From: Elusimicrobiota bacterium
GTDB taxonomy: Bacteria > Elusimicrobiota > Elusimicrobia > Elusimicrobiales > UBA9959
Length of the DNA: 54,712 nucleotides
Assembly (NCBI GenBank): GCA_027340875.1
Contig: DAIENX010000102.1
Location: 1-54,712 of the forward strand
Direction of reading: 5' to 3'
Both the position numbers and the translations under genes were made by a program. The notes below the pieces were generated by a model. The model was given only the letters and a program-made list of their open reading frames with translations, had not been told where the DNA came from and did no database searches. This document shows, piece by piece, positions 26,953 to 36,288 of this stretch (position 1 is its first letter; every line of letters begins with the position of its first letter).

Positions 26953-29900
26953 ATGAAAATATTCAAGGCCTCACTTCATATGGCCGCTTTCCTGATCTTT
27001 CACGGGGCAGTGGCTGCAATGGCACAAGCCCCTTTTAATTCGTCTTTGATCTTTGGCCAAGACATCATTACGGATGGCACGTCTGTTGCTTTGGATTCTC
27101 TGGGAAATCCGCACATCTGTTTCAATAATACAAACATGAATCTTGTGTACGCCAAACGGACAGCGAACTCCTGGATCACACAAGTGGTGGACAATGCGGC
27201 AGGAGTCGGGGAGTACTGCTCCGTCTCTTTGGATAGTTTTGATCGACCGCATATCAGTTATTATGATTCGACCAATAAGGATCTGAAATACGCCCACTGG
27301 ACAGGAACTGCCTGGGAGATCCAAACAGTTGACAGCGCGGGGGAAGTTGGCAGGTTTTCTTCTATTGCCATAGATGGCGCTGGAAATCCGCATATCAGCT
27401 ACGAAGCTGCGCTCGTGAATAAACTCAAATACGCTCACTGGACAGGGGCTGCCTGGGACGTGCAAATAGTGGCGACTGGGACAGGGGCATGGTACACCTC
27501 CATAGCTTTGGATTCTTCAGGAAATCCGAATATCAGTTATTACACCGCGATTTGGTATATTGCCGATCTCGCGTATGCCCATTGGAACGGAAGTTCCTGG
27601 GAAATACAGACCGTGGATGCGGAGGGAGATGTCGGGCTGGAGAGTTCTCTTGCGCTGGATGGGTTGGGGCGGCCTCATATCAGTTATAGGGACCTGACAA
27701 ATCTGGACCTTAAATATGCTTATTGGACCGGAAGTTTCTGGAGTACGCAGACCGTAGTAAGTTCAGGAGAACAGGGGTGGTATTCTTCTATCGCCTTGGA
27801 TGGTTCAGGGAAACCGCATATTACCTACGGAGATGGTTTAGGGCTAGCGGTAAAGTATATTTACTGGGACGGTTCTTCCTGGAATTTACAAACAGTTGAT
27901 GCTGTTACTGGCGGGCACACGTCTCTAGCTTTGGATGGCCAAGGGAACCCACATGTAAGTTACGAGGTTGGGGCGTTAGGGGTTAAATATGCGACCGCCG
28001 CTACGGGCTTTGCTCCGGCTATGGGGGGAGGGAATGGAAGAAGTCGTCCACAGGCCGCCAGTTCGTTAGGGGCAACCTTTGTCTCGACCGGGACTATTGT
28101 GTGGGGGTGGGTTGATAATGCCGTCAATGAGTTGGGATTCAGGCTATACGGCTCTCAGATCAGTTCAGGGCCATATAGTCTTGTCGCGGATACGACAAGC
28201 ATCGGCCCGGACCAAAACAACTTCACGGAAAGCGGTTTGGCGCCTAATACCACTTATTATCGTTATCTTGCGGCGGTAAATGCCGGCGGCCACGTTTTTT
28301 CCAATCTTATCAGCACAGTTACTCCGGCTTCCCAGCCTGCTCAGAGCGATCCAACTTTTATATCAGTTGATTTTACAACTATCGCAGTTCAATGGGGACC
28401 GAACGGCAATCCGCTCGGAACTAAATACGCTCTGCTGACCTCCACCGGAGCTGATCCGGGAGTAAATGGTTTTTCCGGAAATTTGATCTCTATCGTTTCT
28501 AATTCTCAAGCCGACATCGGGTCTTTAAAAGATGGCACAACCTATTTTTTTGCGGTTAAAGCCGTCGGGCATAATGGATATTCGACACCGTATACAAACA
28601 TCGGTTCCACTAGGACCCTGGCTTTAACCACGCCGGATCCCTTCGGCACTGCACTGGGGGTCTCCTCCATTGCCTGGAGTTGGACTGATGGGGCCTATGA
28701 AAGCGGCTATCGGGTCATCAACTCAAGCGATGAAATTCTGTCCGGTGATCTGTCACCGGGAGCGACTTCATGGCTTGAGGGCGGTCTTTCGACCAACACA
28801 GTCTATAGCCGCAGGGTTCTAGCGTTCGCGCCGGTCCTTGCCGCAACTTCCGCTCCGGTTTCCGTCTACACTTTGGCCGTGCCGCCGGAGGGGAGCTACG
28901 TGTCGCAGGCGAGTTCTTCCTCGGTATCTTTGGCCTGGTCGGCCAACTCCAACCCGGGATATACGGTCTATGAGATATCGCGGTCAACCGACGGCTTCTC
29001 GACCTCGTTCTCCACGCCTGTCCCTTACGGGAGCTCCTTTACTGGCACGGACTATTCGGACTCGGGTCTGTTGCCGGAAACGACATATTTTTACCGGATC
29101 AGGGCTTATAACGGCGATGCGGTCCCTACGGATTTTGACTCAGTAGTTTCAACCATTACGCGGCCGGCATTGCCGAATGTCGCGGTTATTTCGCCTGGCA
29201 GCATTGGTATTTCATCCACCGCCATCAATTGGAATTGGAGCATCCAGACCCCTCCCTCGATAACCGGAGTGCGAGTGGTTTCTTCTACCGGGGGGGCGTT
29301 GTCGGGGGATCTCCCTGGGTCTGCTACTTATTACGTCCAAGCCGGCCTTTCCGCTAACGCCAGTTCACAGGTTATGATCGAGGTTTTCAATATTACAGGG
29401 GTTTCCACCTCCGCACCAGTAATTCGCTATGCTTTGGCCAATTCCCCGGTAAGCCCTGAGGTCACAGAGGTTGCCATTACCTCGGCTTCCATTTGCTGGG
29501 GGAGTAATTCAAACCCCGCTTATACGACTTATGACATTGGCGTTTGGGAGGCGGATTCTTCCACGGTCACCATGCGGGTGTCCACGTGCTGCACCAATAT
29601 CACCGGGCTTTATTCGGGAACCACCTATTTCTTCTCTGTTACGGAAGTTAACGGAAACGGGGTGGGGGGGCAAGGGACGGCGGGGATATCTACCGTGACC
29701 CGCCAGGTCCCTTATCTGGGGATTGTTTTTCCGGGGGCGCCGGCAACTGTATCGTACCACTCTTCGCACGGCGAAGTCTCGATAGGGATATCCCCCGGGG
29801 CGTTCGGCGAAACGGTACAGCTTGCGGCTTCGGCACCGGGCGCATACCCTCCTGATACGTCACTGATGGGAGAGCTGCGCGGTTCAGGCGCGGGGGTGGA

Positions 29901-30402
29901 GATAGCTCTGGATAAGCCATTGCAGCCCTCAAATAAGGTTCGGCTGACCGTATCCTATCGTGATGCGGATGTGTCTGGTATGGACGAGAACAAACTGCTC
30001 TTGGCCCGCTATGATACGGCCGGCGGAGTATGGGTTCCGCTGGTTTCCTATCCTGATCCGGATAACAACAGGGTAATGGCATTGGTCGACCATTTTTCCA
30101 CGTTCCAGATAATGCAGGCCATCCCATCCGCGTCTGTTAAAGAGGTTAAGGTGTCGCCCAACCCGTTGCGGCCCGCCCTAGGCCATACGGCCATGGTGTT
30201 CTCCAACCTGCCGGGTTTCGCGGTGTTGCGGATCTATTCTTTGTCGGGGTCGCTTATCCGGGAAATACATGCGGGCGCGGGGGGGATAGCCAGCTGGGAC
30301 GGCAGGAACAAGTCAGGGGTATACGTGGCAAGCGGTGTATACTTTGTCTTCGCGGAGAAGGGCGGCGATAAAAGGACCTTTAAGGTGGCGGTACAGAGAT
30401 AA
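26953..30402 (+). CDS. Large secreted protein: beta-propeller-like repeats, FN3 domains, T9SS-like/FlgD-Ig C-terminal sorting domain
   Basis: Repeats SIALDxxGNPHISY...LKYAHW; FN3 motifs (L.P.TTYY.R); C-terminal SPNP...IYSLSG.LIR...WDGRN.SG..VASGVYF. Confidence 0.8.
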   Translation: MKIFKASLHMAAFLIFHGAVAAMAQAPFNSSLIFGQDIITDGTSVALDSLGNPHICFNNTNMNLVYAKRTANSWITQVVDNAAGVGEYCSVSLDSFDRPHISYYDSTNKDLKYAHWTGTAWEIQTVDSAGEVGRFSSIAIDGAGNPHISYEAALVNKLKYAHWTGAAWDVQIVATGTGAWYTSIALDSSGNPNISYYTAIWYIADLAYAHWNGSSWEIQTVDAEGDVGLESSLALDGLGRPHISYRDLTNLDLKYAYWTGSFWSTQTVVSSGEQGWYSSIALDGSGKPHITYGDGLGLAVKYIYWDGSSWNLQTVDAVTGGHTSLALDGQGNPHVSYEVGALGVKYATAATGFAPAMGGGNGRSRPQAASSLGATFVSTGTIVWGWVDNAVNELGFRLYGSQISSGPYSLVADTTSIGPDQNNFTESGLAPNTTYYRYLAAVNAGGHVFSNLISTVTPASQPAQSDPTFISVDFTTIAVQWGPNGNPLGTKYALLTSTGADPGVNGFSGNLISIVSNSQADIGSLKDGTTYFFAVKAVGHNGYSTPYTNIGSTRTLALTTPDPFGTALGVSSIAWSWTDGAYESGYRVINSSDEILSGDLSPGATSWLEGGLSTNTVYSRRVLAFAPVLAATSAPVSVYTLAVPPEGSYVSQASSSSVSLAWSANSNPGYTVYEISRSTDGFSTSFSTPVPYGSSFTGTDYSDSGLLPETTYFYRIRAYNGDAVPTDFDSVVSTITRPALPNVAVISPGSIGISSTAINWNWSIQTPPSITGVRVVSSTGGALSGDLPGSATYYVQAGLSANASSQVMIEVFNITGVSTSAPVIRYALANSPVSPEVTEVAITSASICWGSNSNPAYTTYDIGVWEADSSTVTMRVSTCCTNITGLYSGTTYFFSVTEVNGNGVGGQGTAGISTVTRQVPYLGIVFPGAPATVSYHSSHGEVSIGISPGAFGETVQLAASAPGAYPPDTSLMGELRGSGAGVEIALDKPLQPSNKVRLTVSYRDADVSGMDENKLLLARYDTAGGVWVPLVSYPDPDNNRVMALVDHFSTFQIMQAIPSASVKEVKVSPNPLRPALGHTAMVFSNLPGFAVLRIYSLSGSLIREIHAGAGGIASWDGRNKSGVYVASGVYFVFAEKGGDKRTFKVAVQR

Positions 30403-30403
30403 T

Positions 30404-31321
30404 ATGGCCTTATTCCTGATATTGCTTATCTTCCTGACGGCGCCGCCGGCGAGCGCGTCTTTTAACGCTGCGGCGAAAGGCACCTCTTCCGCCGGTTTCC
30501 TCACCCTTGGCTCCGGGGCGAGGGGGGTGGCGATGGGCGGGGCCTATTCTGCCGTTGTCGATAACGCCGAAGCCATGTTCTGGAATCCAGCGGCGTTGCT
30601 GCGCGTGAAGAACAGGTCCGTCACCTTCATGCATGCGGCATATATAGCTTCGACCTATTATGACTACGGGGCGTATGTACAGAATTTGGGCGATGAAGAT
30701 GCTTTCGGTGTCGGGTTGCAATATTTTTCTTCAGGCGACATGATGGAAACCGATGTGAACGGCGTCGATCTGGGGAAGTTTTCCCCTGATGATTACTCTT
30801 TGTCGTTCGGCTACGCTATGCTGGTGCGCGATATTAAACTTGGGTTCGTTCTCAAGTATGTGCATTCCACGATACTTTCTACCGCTAAGACGGTTGCCTC
30901 GGATATAGGTGTAATGTTCCCGCCTGTTTACGATGGGAAAGTGAGATTTGCGGTAGTGGGTTCGAATATCGGGGGAGGGCTGAAATATGAAGAGAAGACG
31001 GAAGCGCTGCCAGGGATAGTGAAGCTTGGCGGAGTGTATACAAGCAATGGCTTCGGATTATATAGTCTGGATGTCGGATTTCCGCAAGATGACTCCCCGT
31101 ATTTAGCGATGGGATATGAATATCCCCTACGAATGAGTGATCCTTGGAGACTGCTGGTCAGGTGTGGATTCAACTCTCAGACTGTAGGTGATATCAAAGG
31201 ATTTACCGGCGCTTCTTTCGGCTTCGGGGTGGGTTACGATAAGTACGTTTTTGATTATGCTTTTTCCCCGTTGGGGGATCTTGGGGCCGCTCACCGTATG
31301 GCCGTTTCCGTAAAGTTCTGA
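30404..31321 (+). CDS. PorV/PorQ-family outer-membrane beta-barrel
   Basis: FLTLGSGARGVAMGGAY, FWNPAAL, C-terminal DYAF.P.GDLG..HR...VKF. Confidence 0.8.
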   Translation: MALFLILLIFLTAPPASASFNAAAKGTSSAGFLTLGSGARGVAMGGAYSAVVDNAEAMFWNPAALLRVKNRSVTFMHAAYIASTYYDYGAYVQNLGDEDAFGVGLQYFSSGDMMETDVNGVDLGKFSPDDYSLSFGYAMLVRDIKLGFVLKYVHSTILSTAKTVASDIGVMFPPVYDGKVRFAVVGSNIGGGLKYEEKTEALPGIVKLGGVYTSNGFGLYSLDVGFPQDDSPYLAMGYEYPLRMSDPWRLLVRCGFNSQTVGDIKGFTGASFGFGVGYDKYVFDYAFSPLGDLGAAHRMAVSVKF

Positions 31322-31377
31322 AAAGATTTATCCACTTCCGCCTCCTCCAGGTGGCCTACCATCAGCCGATTGGCCGC

Positions 31378-31492
31378 GGAATCGTGGTCAGGTCTTGAAT
31401 CTTGACATCGAAGCCGCCTGCGGGAGAATTGGGGTCAGGTCTTGATTCTTGACATCGAAGCCGCCGGGGAAAATGCCCGGCGGTTTTGTTTT
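31378..31492 (+). repeat. Island repeat tandem copies c1 (truncated) and c2
   Basis: ggtcaggtcttgaatcttgacatcgaagccgcc followed by gaattggggtcaggtcttgattcttgacatcgaagccgccgggg... Confidence 0.9.
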
Positions 31493-31549
31493 GTCCCGAC
31501 AGGCCGTTGACGGGGTGGGCTGCTATGCTATCTGTGGGAAGGGGGGCTT

Positions 31550-32056
31550 ATGTCCAAGGACGTTATCCCGCAGGAAGCGCTGGAGTTGAAGATACTGCTT
31601 GTTCGCGGCCATAAGGTGATGCTGGACCGCGACCTGGCCGCGCTGTACGGGGTGGAAACGCGGGTTCTGAATCAGGCTGTTCGCCGCAATATCAGGCGAT
31701 TCCCGAAAGACTTTATGTTCTCGTTGACCCGGGAAGAGATCGGGAACTTATCACAATTTGTGACAAGTTCCCGGATAAAGCACGCCCCTAATGTGTTCGC
31801 ATTCACGGAACATGGCATAGCGATGCTTTCCAGCATATTGAAGAGCGAACGGGCCGTTCAGGTTAATATCCATATAGTGCGTGCTTTCGTGAGGCTGCGC
31901 GGTCTTCTGGCCTCGCATCGGGACCTTGCCCGCAGGTTGGACGAGCTGGAGCGGAAATACGACTCACAGTTCAAGAGCGTGTTCGACGCCATCAAGGCGC
32001 TGATGGAGCCGCCTGACGGCCCTGAACCGAAGAGGATCACTGGCTTCAAGCCGTAG
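31550..32056 (+). CDS. ORF6N-domain DNA-binding protein, paralog 1
   Basis: RGHKVMLDRDLAALYGVET..LNQAVRRN..RFP.DFMF.L, FTEHGIAMLSS.L.S. Confidence 0.9.
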   Translation: MSKDVIPQEALELKILLVRGHKVMLDRDLAALYGVETRVLNQAVRRNIRRFPKDFMFSLTREEIGNLSQFVTSSRIKHAPNVFAFTEHGIAMLSSILKSERAVQVNIHIVRAFVRLRGLLASHRDLARRLDELERKYDSQFKSVFDAIKALMEPPDGPEPKRITGFKP

Positions 32057-32156
32057 CTGTATCCGAAGCCGCCGGGGGAAAACCCCGGCGGTTTTGTTTT
32101 GTCCCGACAGGCCCTTGTCGGCGTCGCATGCTATGTTATTTATGGGAAGGGAGGGT

Positions 32157-32237
32157 ATGTCGAAGGATATTATCCCGCAGGAAGTATTGGAATCCAAGAT
32201 ACTGCTTATACGCGGCCACAGGGTGATGCTGGACCGA
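32157..32237 (+). pseudogene. Truncated ORF6N paralog (first 27 codons)
   Basis: MSKDIIPQEVLESKILLIRGHRVMLDR followed immediately by the island repeat; promoter and RBS intact. Confidence 0.85.
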
Positions 32238-32413
32238 GGAATTGGGGTCAGGTCTTGATTCTTGACATCGGGGACTTGGGGTCAGGTCTTGAATCTTGAC
32301 ATCGAAGCCGCCGGGGGAAAAGCCCGGCGGTTTTGGTTTTTGTAGAATGGAATTGGGGTCAGGTCTTGAAACCTGACATCGAAGCCGCCGGGGAAGCCCG
32401 GCGGTTTTGTTTT
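32238..32413 (+). repeat. Island repeat tandem copies d1, d2, d3
   Basis: Three ttggggtcaggtcttga...tgacatcg units at about 32238, 32272 and 32349. Confidence 0.9.
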
Positions 32414-32465
32414 AAAAAGACAGCAGCAGTCTGCAGACTGGAGAACTTTGCTTTAATTTGTGGCC

Positions 32466-33923
32466 CTATGGCCGCTTGTTAGGTGTCAGTTCAACTGTAA
32501 TGGAGTCGGCTTCGCTGTAAATACGTCCGGGTCTTGCCGCTTTGAAAGATACTTTTTCTCCATTGATCTGCAATTCCCGGAAAGATACCCCTTGCGGGGA
32601 TGGGGATGTCTCTTTTCCGTCAACCAGAATCTTCACTTGTCCTTCCCCGATGTTGCCTTCGATCAGAGTCGGATATATAACCGCTCCGCGCAAATCGCGG
32701 ATGGGTTTTATCTTTAGATTCTTTTTCATAACAGACGTGTTCCTGAAAATCAGGCGCAGCGTTGTGTCCCGGAGAAACTCCATTGTGGAGACCGAAGGGT
32801 AAAATACCCCGTCGTTTGTTTTTACCGGTTGTTTGTCGCCTGAAAAACCTTCATCCGTAAAAGTCCTGGCATCCCAGCTTATCAAGGACAGCTTTCCACG
32901 TCCAGCCGAAAAACTTTTTGCGTCGGCTGCCGCAGTTCTGCTCATGGCGGCATTAACGTTTTCAAAGGAGGCAACAAGTGCCTGATAGTTGTACTTTTTA
33001 TAAGTCTTATCGATCTGGGCGCTGTCTGGCAGGCCGGTCCTGTATTGTTCCAGCGCTAACTGATAGATTGGTGTGCCTGCTTCTAGTCTCGACTTCCAGG
33101 GAGCGCGCAATCTGTCTAACAGGCGCATTTGAGCCGCGCCGGTTAAGTAGTATTTAACTTTATCGTTCTGTTTCTCCACCGGCATTAACAGCATATTTGC
33201 CAGAAACGTATCCGGCGATGTGGTGATACTGCCGGCTTTTCCGGCTGGTTCCGAGTATTTCAGCTCTACATATTGGGCGGACCCTTCCAGTCTCTCGCTT
33301 TGATCTTCCCAGGCCGTTGCCCCGGTATCTTGACGTTTAAGACGATCTCGTCTTGCCGCCAGAAAGAGCCTGAAGTCGTCCTGCCAGCTATCGGGAGAAA
33401 TTAATGCTTTTGCAAGCAACAACTCCTCAATGTAGAAAGCCGCGTGTTGCGCCGCGCTTGACGTTGCGGGTTTTGCTGCCGGCACGGCCGCAAACCTGTT
33501 GTGCTGGAAAGAATGGAATGTCTCATGGGAAACAAGATTCAATGTGCTCTCCGGCGTGGCGCCCAACAGACGCCTGACATAAAACACTGGAACACCATCA
33601 TACACATATTCCGACAAAAAAACGGATTCAGCCGGCCGTTGGAATCGGGGGTTCTTGTAAACGGGGAGAGCGTTACCCTTGTCTATGCGTGTAAATCCTT
33701 TCGTGGGTTTCGGGTAATTTATGAGGTATCCGGCACCGGTTTCATCAGCCAGTAAGATGGGCCTTTCAAGAGGTGAATAACCCGGCCAGACCGGGACAGC
33801 ATTTTTATGCTTATCGATGAGTTTGTCAACAACATCTTCTGCCGCCGAATGACGCTGTTCGCCGGCAGAGAGGATGTTTAAGCTGAGCAGCGCGATGGGC
33901 AGAAAAACAGAGGATTTAATCAT
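32466..33923 (-). CDS. Exported protein with HExxH motif (putative zinc metallopeptidase-like)
   Basis: Start MIKSSVFLPIALL; SHETFHSFQ and downstream EGSAQYVE. Confidence 0.65.
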   Translation of the reverse strand: MIKSSVFLPIALLSLNILSAGEQRHSAAEDVVDKLIDKHKNAVPVWPGYSPLERPILLADETGAGYLINYPKPTKGFTRIDKGNALPVYKNPRFQRPAESVFLSEYVYDGVPVFYVRRLLGATPESTLNLVSHETFHSFQHNRFAAVPAAKPATSSAAQHAAFYIEELLLAKALISPDSWQDDFRLFLAARRDRLKRQDTGATAWEDQSERLEGSAQYVELKYSEPAGKAGSITTSPDTFLANMLLMPVEKQNDKVKYYLTGAAQMRLLDRLRAPWKSRLEAGTPIYQLALEQYRTGLPDSAQIDKTYKKYNYQALVASFENVNAAMSRTAAADAKSFSAGRGKLSLISWDARTFTDEGFSGDKQPVKTNDGVFYPSVSTMEFLRDTTLRLIFRNTSVMKKNLKIKPIRDLRGAVIYPTLIEGNIGEGQVKILVDGKETSPSPQGVSFRELQINGEKVSFKAARPGRIYSEADSITVELTPNKRP

Positions 33924-34482
33924 AACAATGCTGGATACACTCGCATTTGTGTGTGTAGACAATATGGTTCCAACAGGTATAGATATACCTGCAGCTGTCC
34001 GGAACAAGCCCGGTAGGATCACAAACCCAATCCCACTTACAGTCTTCTACCCATTGTTCATCATCATCGCAATGGAATAACTGTGGACCGCTCCAGTTTT
34101 CATAAGAATGTCGATTCGCCGCATCCGTCAGGAACATCCTGGGCGGGATGACCATCCCGCGCAACTCCTGTGCGGAAATCTGATTGGCGGGAGAACCGTG
34201 ATAACAGTATAAGTTCGGCGTAGTAAAACAATTGAAAGAATCCGTGATTGTCGCCGTGCCTTTTTTTATTGATACTACCACTTCGGCTGAGTGGCGAAGA
34301 GATGTTTCCGACCCAGTTGACACCGGCACCGCCGGGCATGCATTAGGGAAAGTCTGTGGTGTTTCCAGCAGCAAGCGTTCCGCTTGTGCTAACTCTACTT
34401 CAAAACTTGTCTTGTTGTTGCCGGCAAAAGTGCTGCCAACAGAAGTAGCGAATATCGTAAGGCAGAGCGCAATGATTTTCAT
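33916..34482 (-). CDS. Secreted Cys-rich hypothetical protein
   Basis: Signal peptide MKIIALCL...TFA; Cys/Trp-rich C-terminus; RBS-like ggggga. Confidence 0.65.
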   Translation of the reverse strand: MKIIALCLTIFATSVGSTFAGNNKTSFEVELAQAERLLLETPQTFPNACPAVPVSTGSETSLRHSAEVVVSIKKGTATITDSFNCFTTPNLYCYHGSPANQISAQELRGMVIPPRMFLTDAANRHSYENWSGPQLFHCDDDEQWVEDCKWDWVCDPTGLVPDSCRYIYTCWNHIVYTHKCECIQHCYD

Positions 34483-34717
34483 TTAGTTCTTCCCCCCATA
34501 AAAAAACGGGAAAGCGGGTTAATTCGCTTTCCCTGGATACACCGGATTAAGGTCCGGTCGTGGATACTTCGGGGCCAATTCCCCGAATTACAAGGAGACT
34601 ACAATTAAAGTTTAGCTGATAGTGGTTACGTGTGGAAGTGTCTTTGGACCTATTGGGTTCTGGGCCCTCGTTTTCCCGCAGTTGAATTCTCCCATTACTG
34701 GCGCAATTTCTTCCGGG

Positions 34718-34856
34718 GGAATTGGGGTCAGGTCTTGATTCTTGACATCGAAGCCGCCGGAAGGTTCCGGCGGTTTTGTTTTTAAATTAACATAATCCAC
34801 CAAAAAGGTAGCTGCTACCTTTTTCAACCCTTAAAAGGCAGCAGGAGCCTTTTTTG
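34718..34856 (+). repeat. Island repeat copy e with extra palindrome
   Basis: Near-identical to copy a plus a 30-bp insert containing aaaaaggtagc-t-gctaccttttt. Confidence 0.9.
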
Positions 34857-34913
34857 ACCACGACAGGCGGTTGTCGGGGTGCTCTGATATGCTATCAGTA
34901 GGAAGGGGGGCTT

Positions 34914-35432
34914 ATGTCCAAAGACGTTATCCCGCAGGAAGCGCTGGAGTCGAAGATACTGCTTATTCGCGGCCACAGGGTAATGCTGGACCGAGACCTG
35001 GCCGCGCTGTACGGGGTTGAGACCCGCATGTTGAATCAGGCGGTGAAGCGGAACAGTAAGCGGTTTCCGGAAGATTTTGTGTTCAGATTGACTGCAGCGG
35101 AGACTTCGGTTTGGGTATCACAATTTGTGATACCCAATTCAAAGATCAAAAAAGGCTTAAGAATAAGTCCGCTTGCCTTTACCGAGAACGGCGTAGCCAT
35201 GCTCTCGAGCGTTCTTAACAGCCCCCGTGCCATAGCGGTGAACATCCAGATAATGCGCATGTTCACGCGGCTGCGGGGGCTGCTGGCCTCTCACCGCGAT
35301 CTGGCGCGCAGGATGGATGAGCTGGAGAAGAAATACGACGCGCAGTTCAAGAGCGTCTTCGACGCGATAAGGGCGCTGATGGAGCCGCCGGATGGCCCGG
35401 AGCCTAAGAGGATAACCGGCTTCAAGCCGTAA
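34914..35432 (+). CDS. ORF6N-domain DNA-binding protein, paralog 2
   Basis: Same ORF6N motifs; core WVSQFVIPN. Confidence 0.9.
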   Translation: MSKDVIPQEALESKILLIRGHRVMLDRDLAALYGVETRMLNQAVKRNSKRFPEDFVFRLTAAETSVWVSQFVIPNSKIKKGLRISPLAFTENGVAMLSSVLNSPRAIAVNIQIMRMFTRLRGLLASHRDLARRMDELEKKYDAQFKSVFDAIRALMEPPDGPEPKRITGFKP

Positions 35433-35512
35433 TAAAAACCCGGCGGTTTTGTTTTGTCCCGACAGGCGGTTGTCGGGGTCTCCTGCTATGCTATCTGTGG
35501 GAAGGGGGGCTT

Positions 35513-36022
35513 ATGTCCAAAGACGTTATCCCGCAGGAAGTGCTGGAGTCGAAGATACTGCTTGTTCGCGGCCACAGGGTGATGCTCGACCGTGACCTGG
35601 GCGCGCTGTACGGGGTCGGAACCCGTGATCTGAATAAAGCGGTTTCACGTAATATGGAGCGGTTCCCGGAGGACTTCATGTTCCGCCTGGACGGGTCAGA
35701 GCTGGAAAACTTGATGTTCCAATTTGGAACATCAAGTTGGGGCGGGACCAGAAAGCCCCCGAGGGTGTTTACCGAACATGGGATATTGATGCTGTCCTCG
35801 GTGCTTAAAAGCCGGCGCGCCATAGCGGTGAACATCCAGATAATGCGTACTTTCACGCGGTTGCGCGGGCTGCTGGCCTCAAGTAGGGATCTTGCCCGCA
35901 AGGTGGCCGAGCTCGAGAAGAAATACGACGCGCAGTTCAAGAGCGTCTTCGACGCGATAAGGGCGCTGATGGAGCCGCCTGACGGCCCGGAGCCCAAGAA
36001 GATAACCGGCTTCAAACCATAA
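35513..36022 (+). CDS. ORF6N-domain DNA-binding protein, paralog 3
   Basis: Same ORF6N motifs; core LMFQFGTSS. Confidence 0.9.
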   Translation: MSKDVIPQEVLESKILLVRGHRVMLDRDLGALYGVGTRDLNKAVSRNMERFPEDFMFRLDGSELENLMFQFGTSSWGGTRKPPRVFTEHGILMLSSVLKSRRAIAVNIQIMRTFTRLRGLLASSRDLARKVAELEKKYDAQFKSVFDAIRALMEPPDGPEPKKITGFKP

Positions 36023-36049
36023 TAAAACCCCGGCGGTTTTGTTTTTGGG

Positions 36050-36227
36050 GAACATATCACATTTTGTGATATGTTCAAGGTCGCAATTTGCGGCCTTGAA
36101 ACTTGAAGTGCCAATTTGGCACCTCAAACTGGGTGGATAACTGGGTATCGCAAAATGCGATACCTGATTTGGCGGTCACAAACTGTGACCTCAAACCGAA
36201 TCTTTAAGGTTCCAAATTGGAACTTTA
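36050..36227 (+). repeat. Array of six palindromes, each resembling an ORF6N variable-core coding fragment
   Basis: Palindromes at 36050-36076, 36074-36100, 36103-36127, 36144-36164, 36174-36190 and 36205-36227, all centred on CA-nnn-TG. Confidence 0.85.
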
Positions 36228-36288
36228 GAAACTCGACATCCCCTTGGCGGGTTGGTCTGCCAGGATATAAGCGGGAAAGGGGGGCGAT

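Noticed and set aside
26505..34856. CRISPR array made of the ggggtcaggtcttga repeats
   Set aside because: Spacing ranges from a few bp to over 4 kb, there are no uniform spacers and no cas genes
36048..36230. Diversity-generating retroelement template repeat
   Set aside because: No reverse transcriptase in the window; differences from the gene cores are not adenine-restricted and are compensatory across palindrome arms
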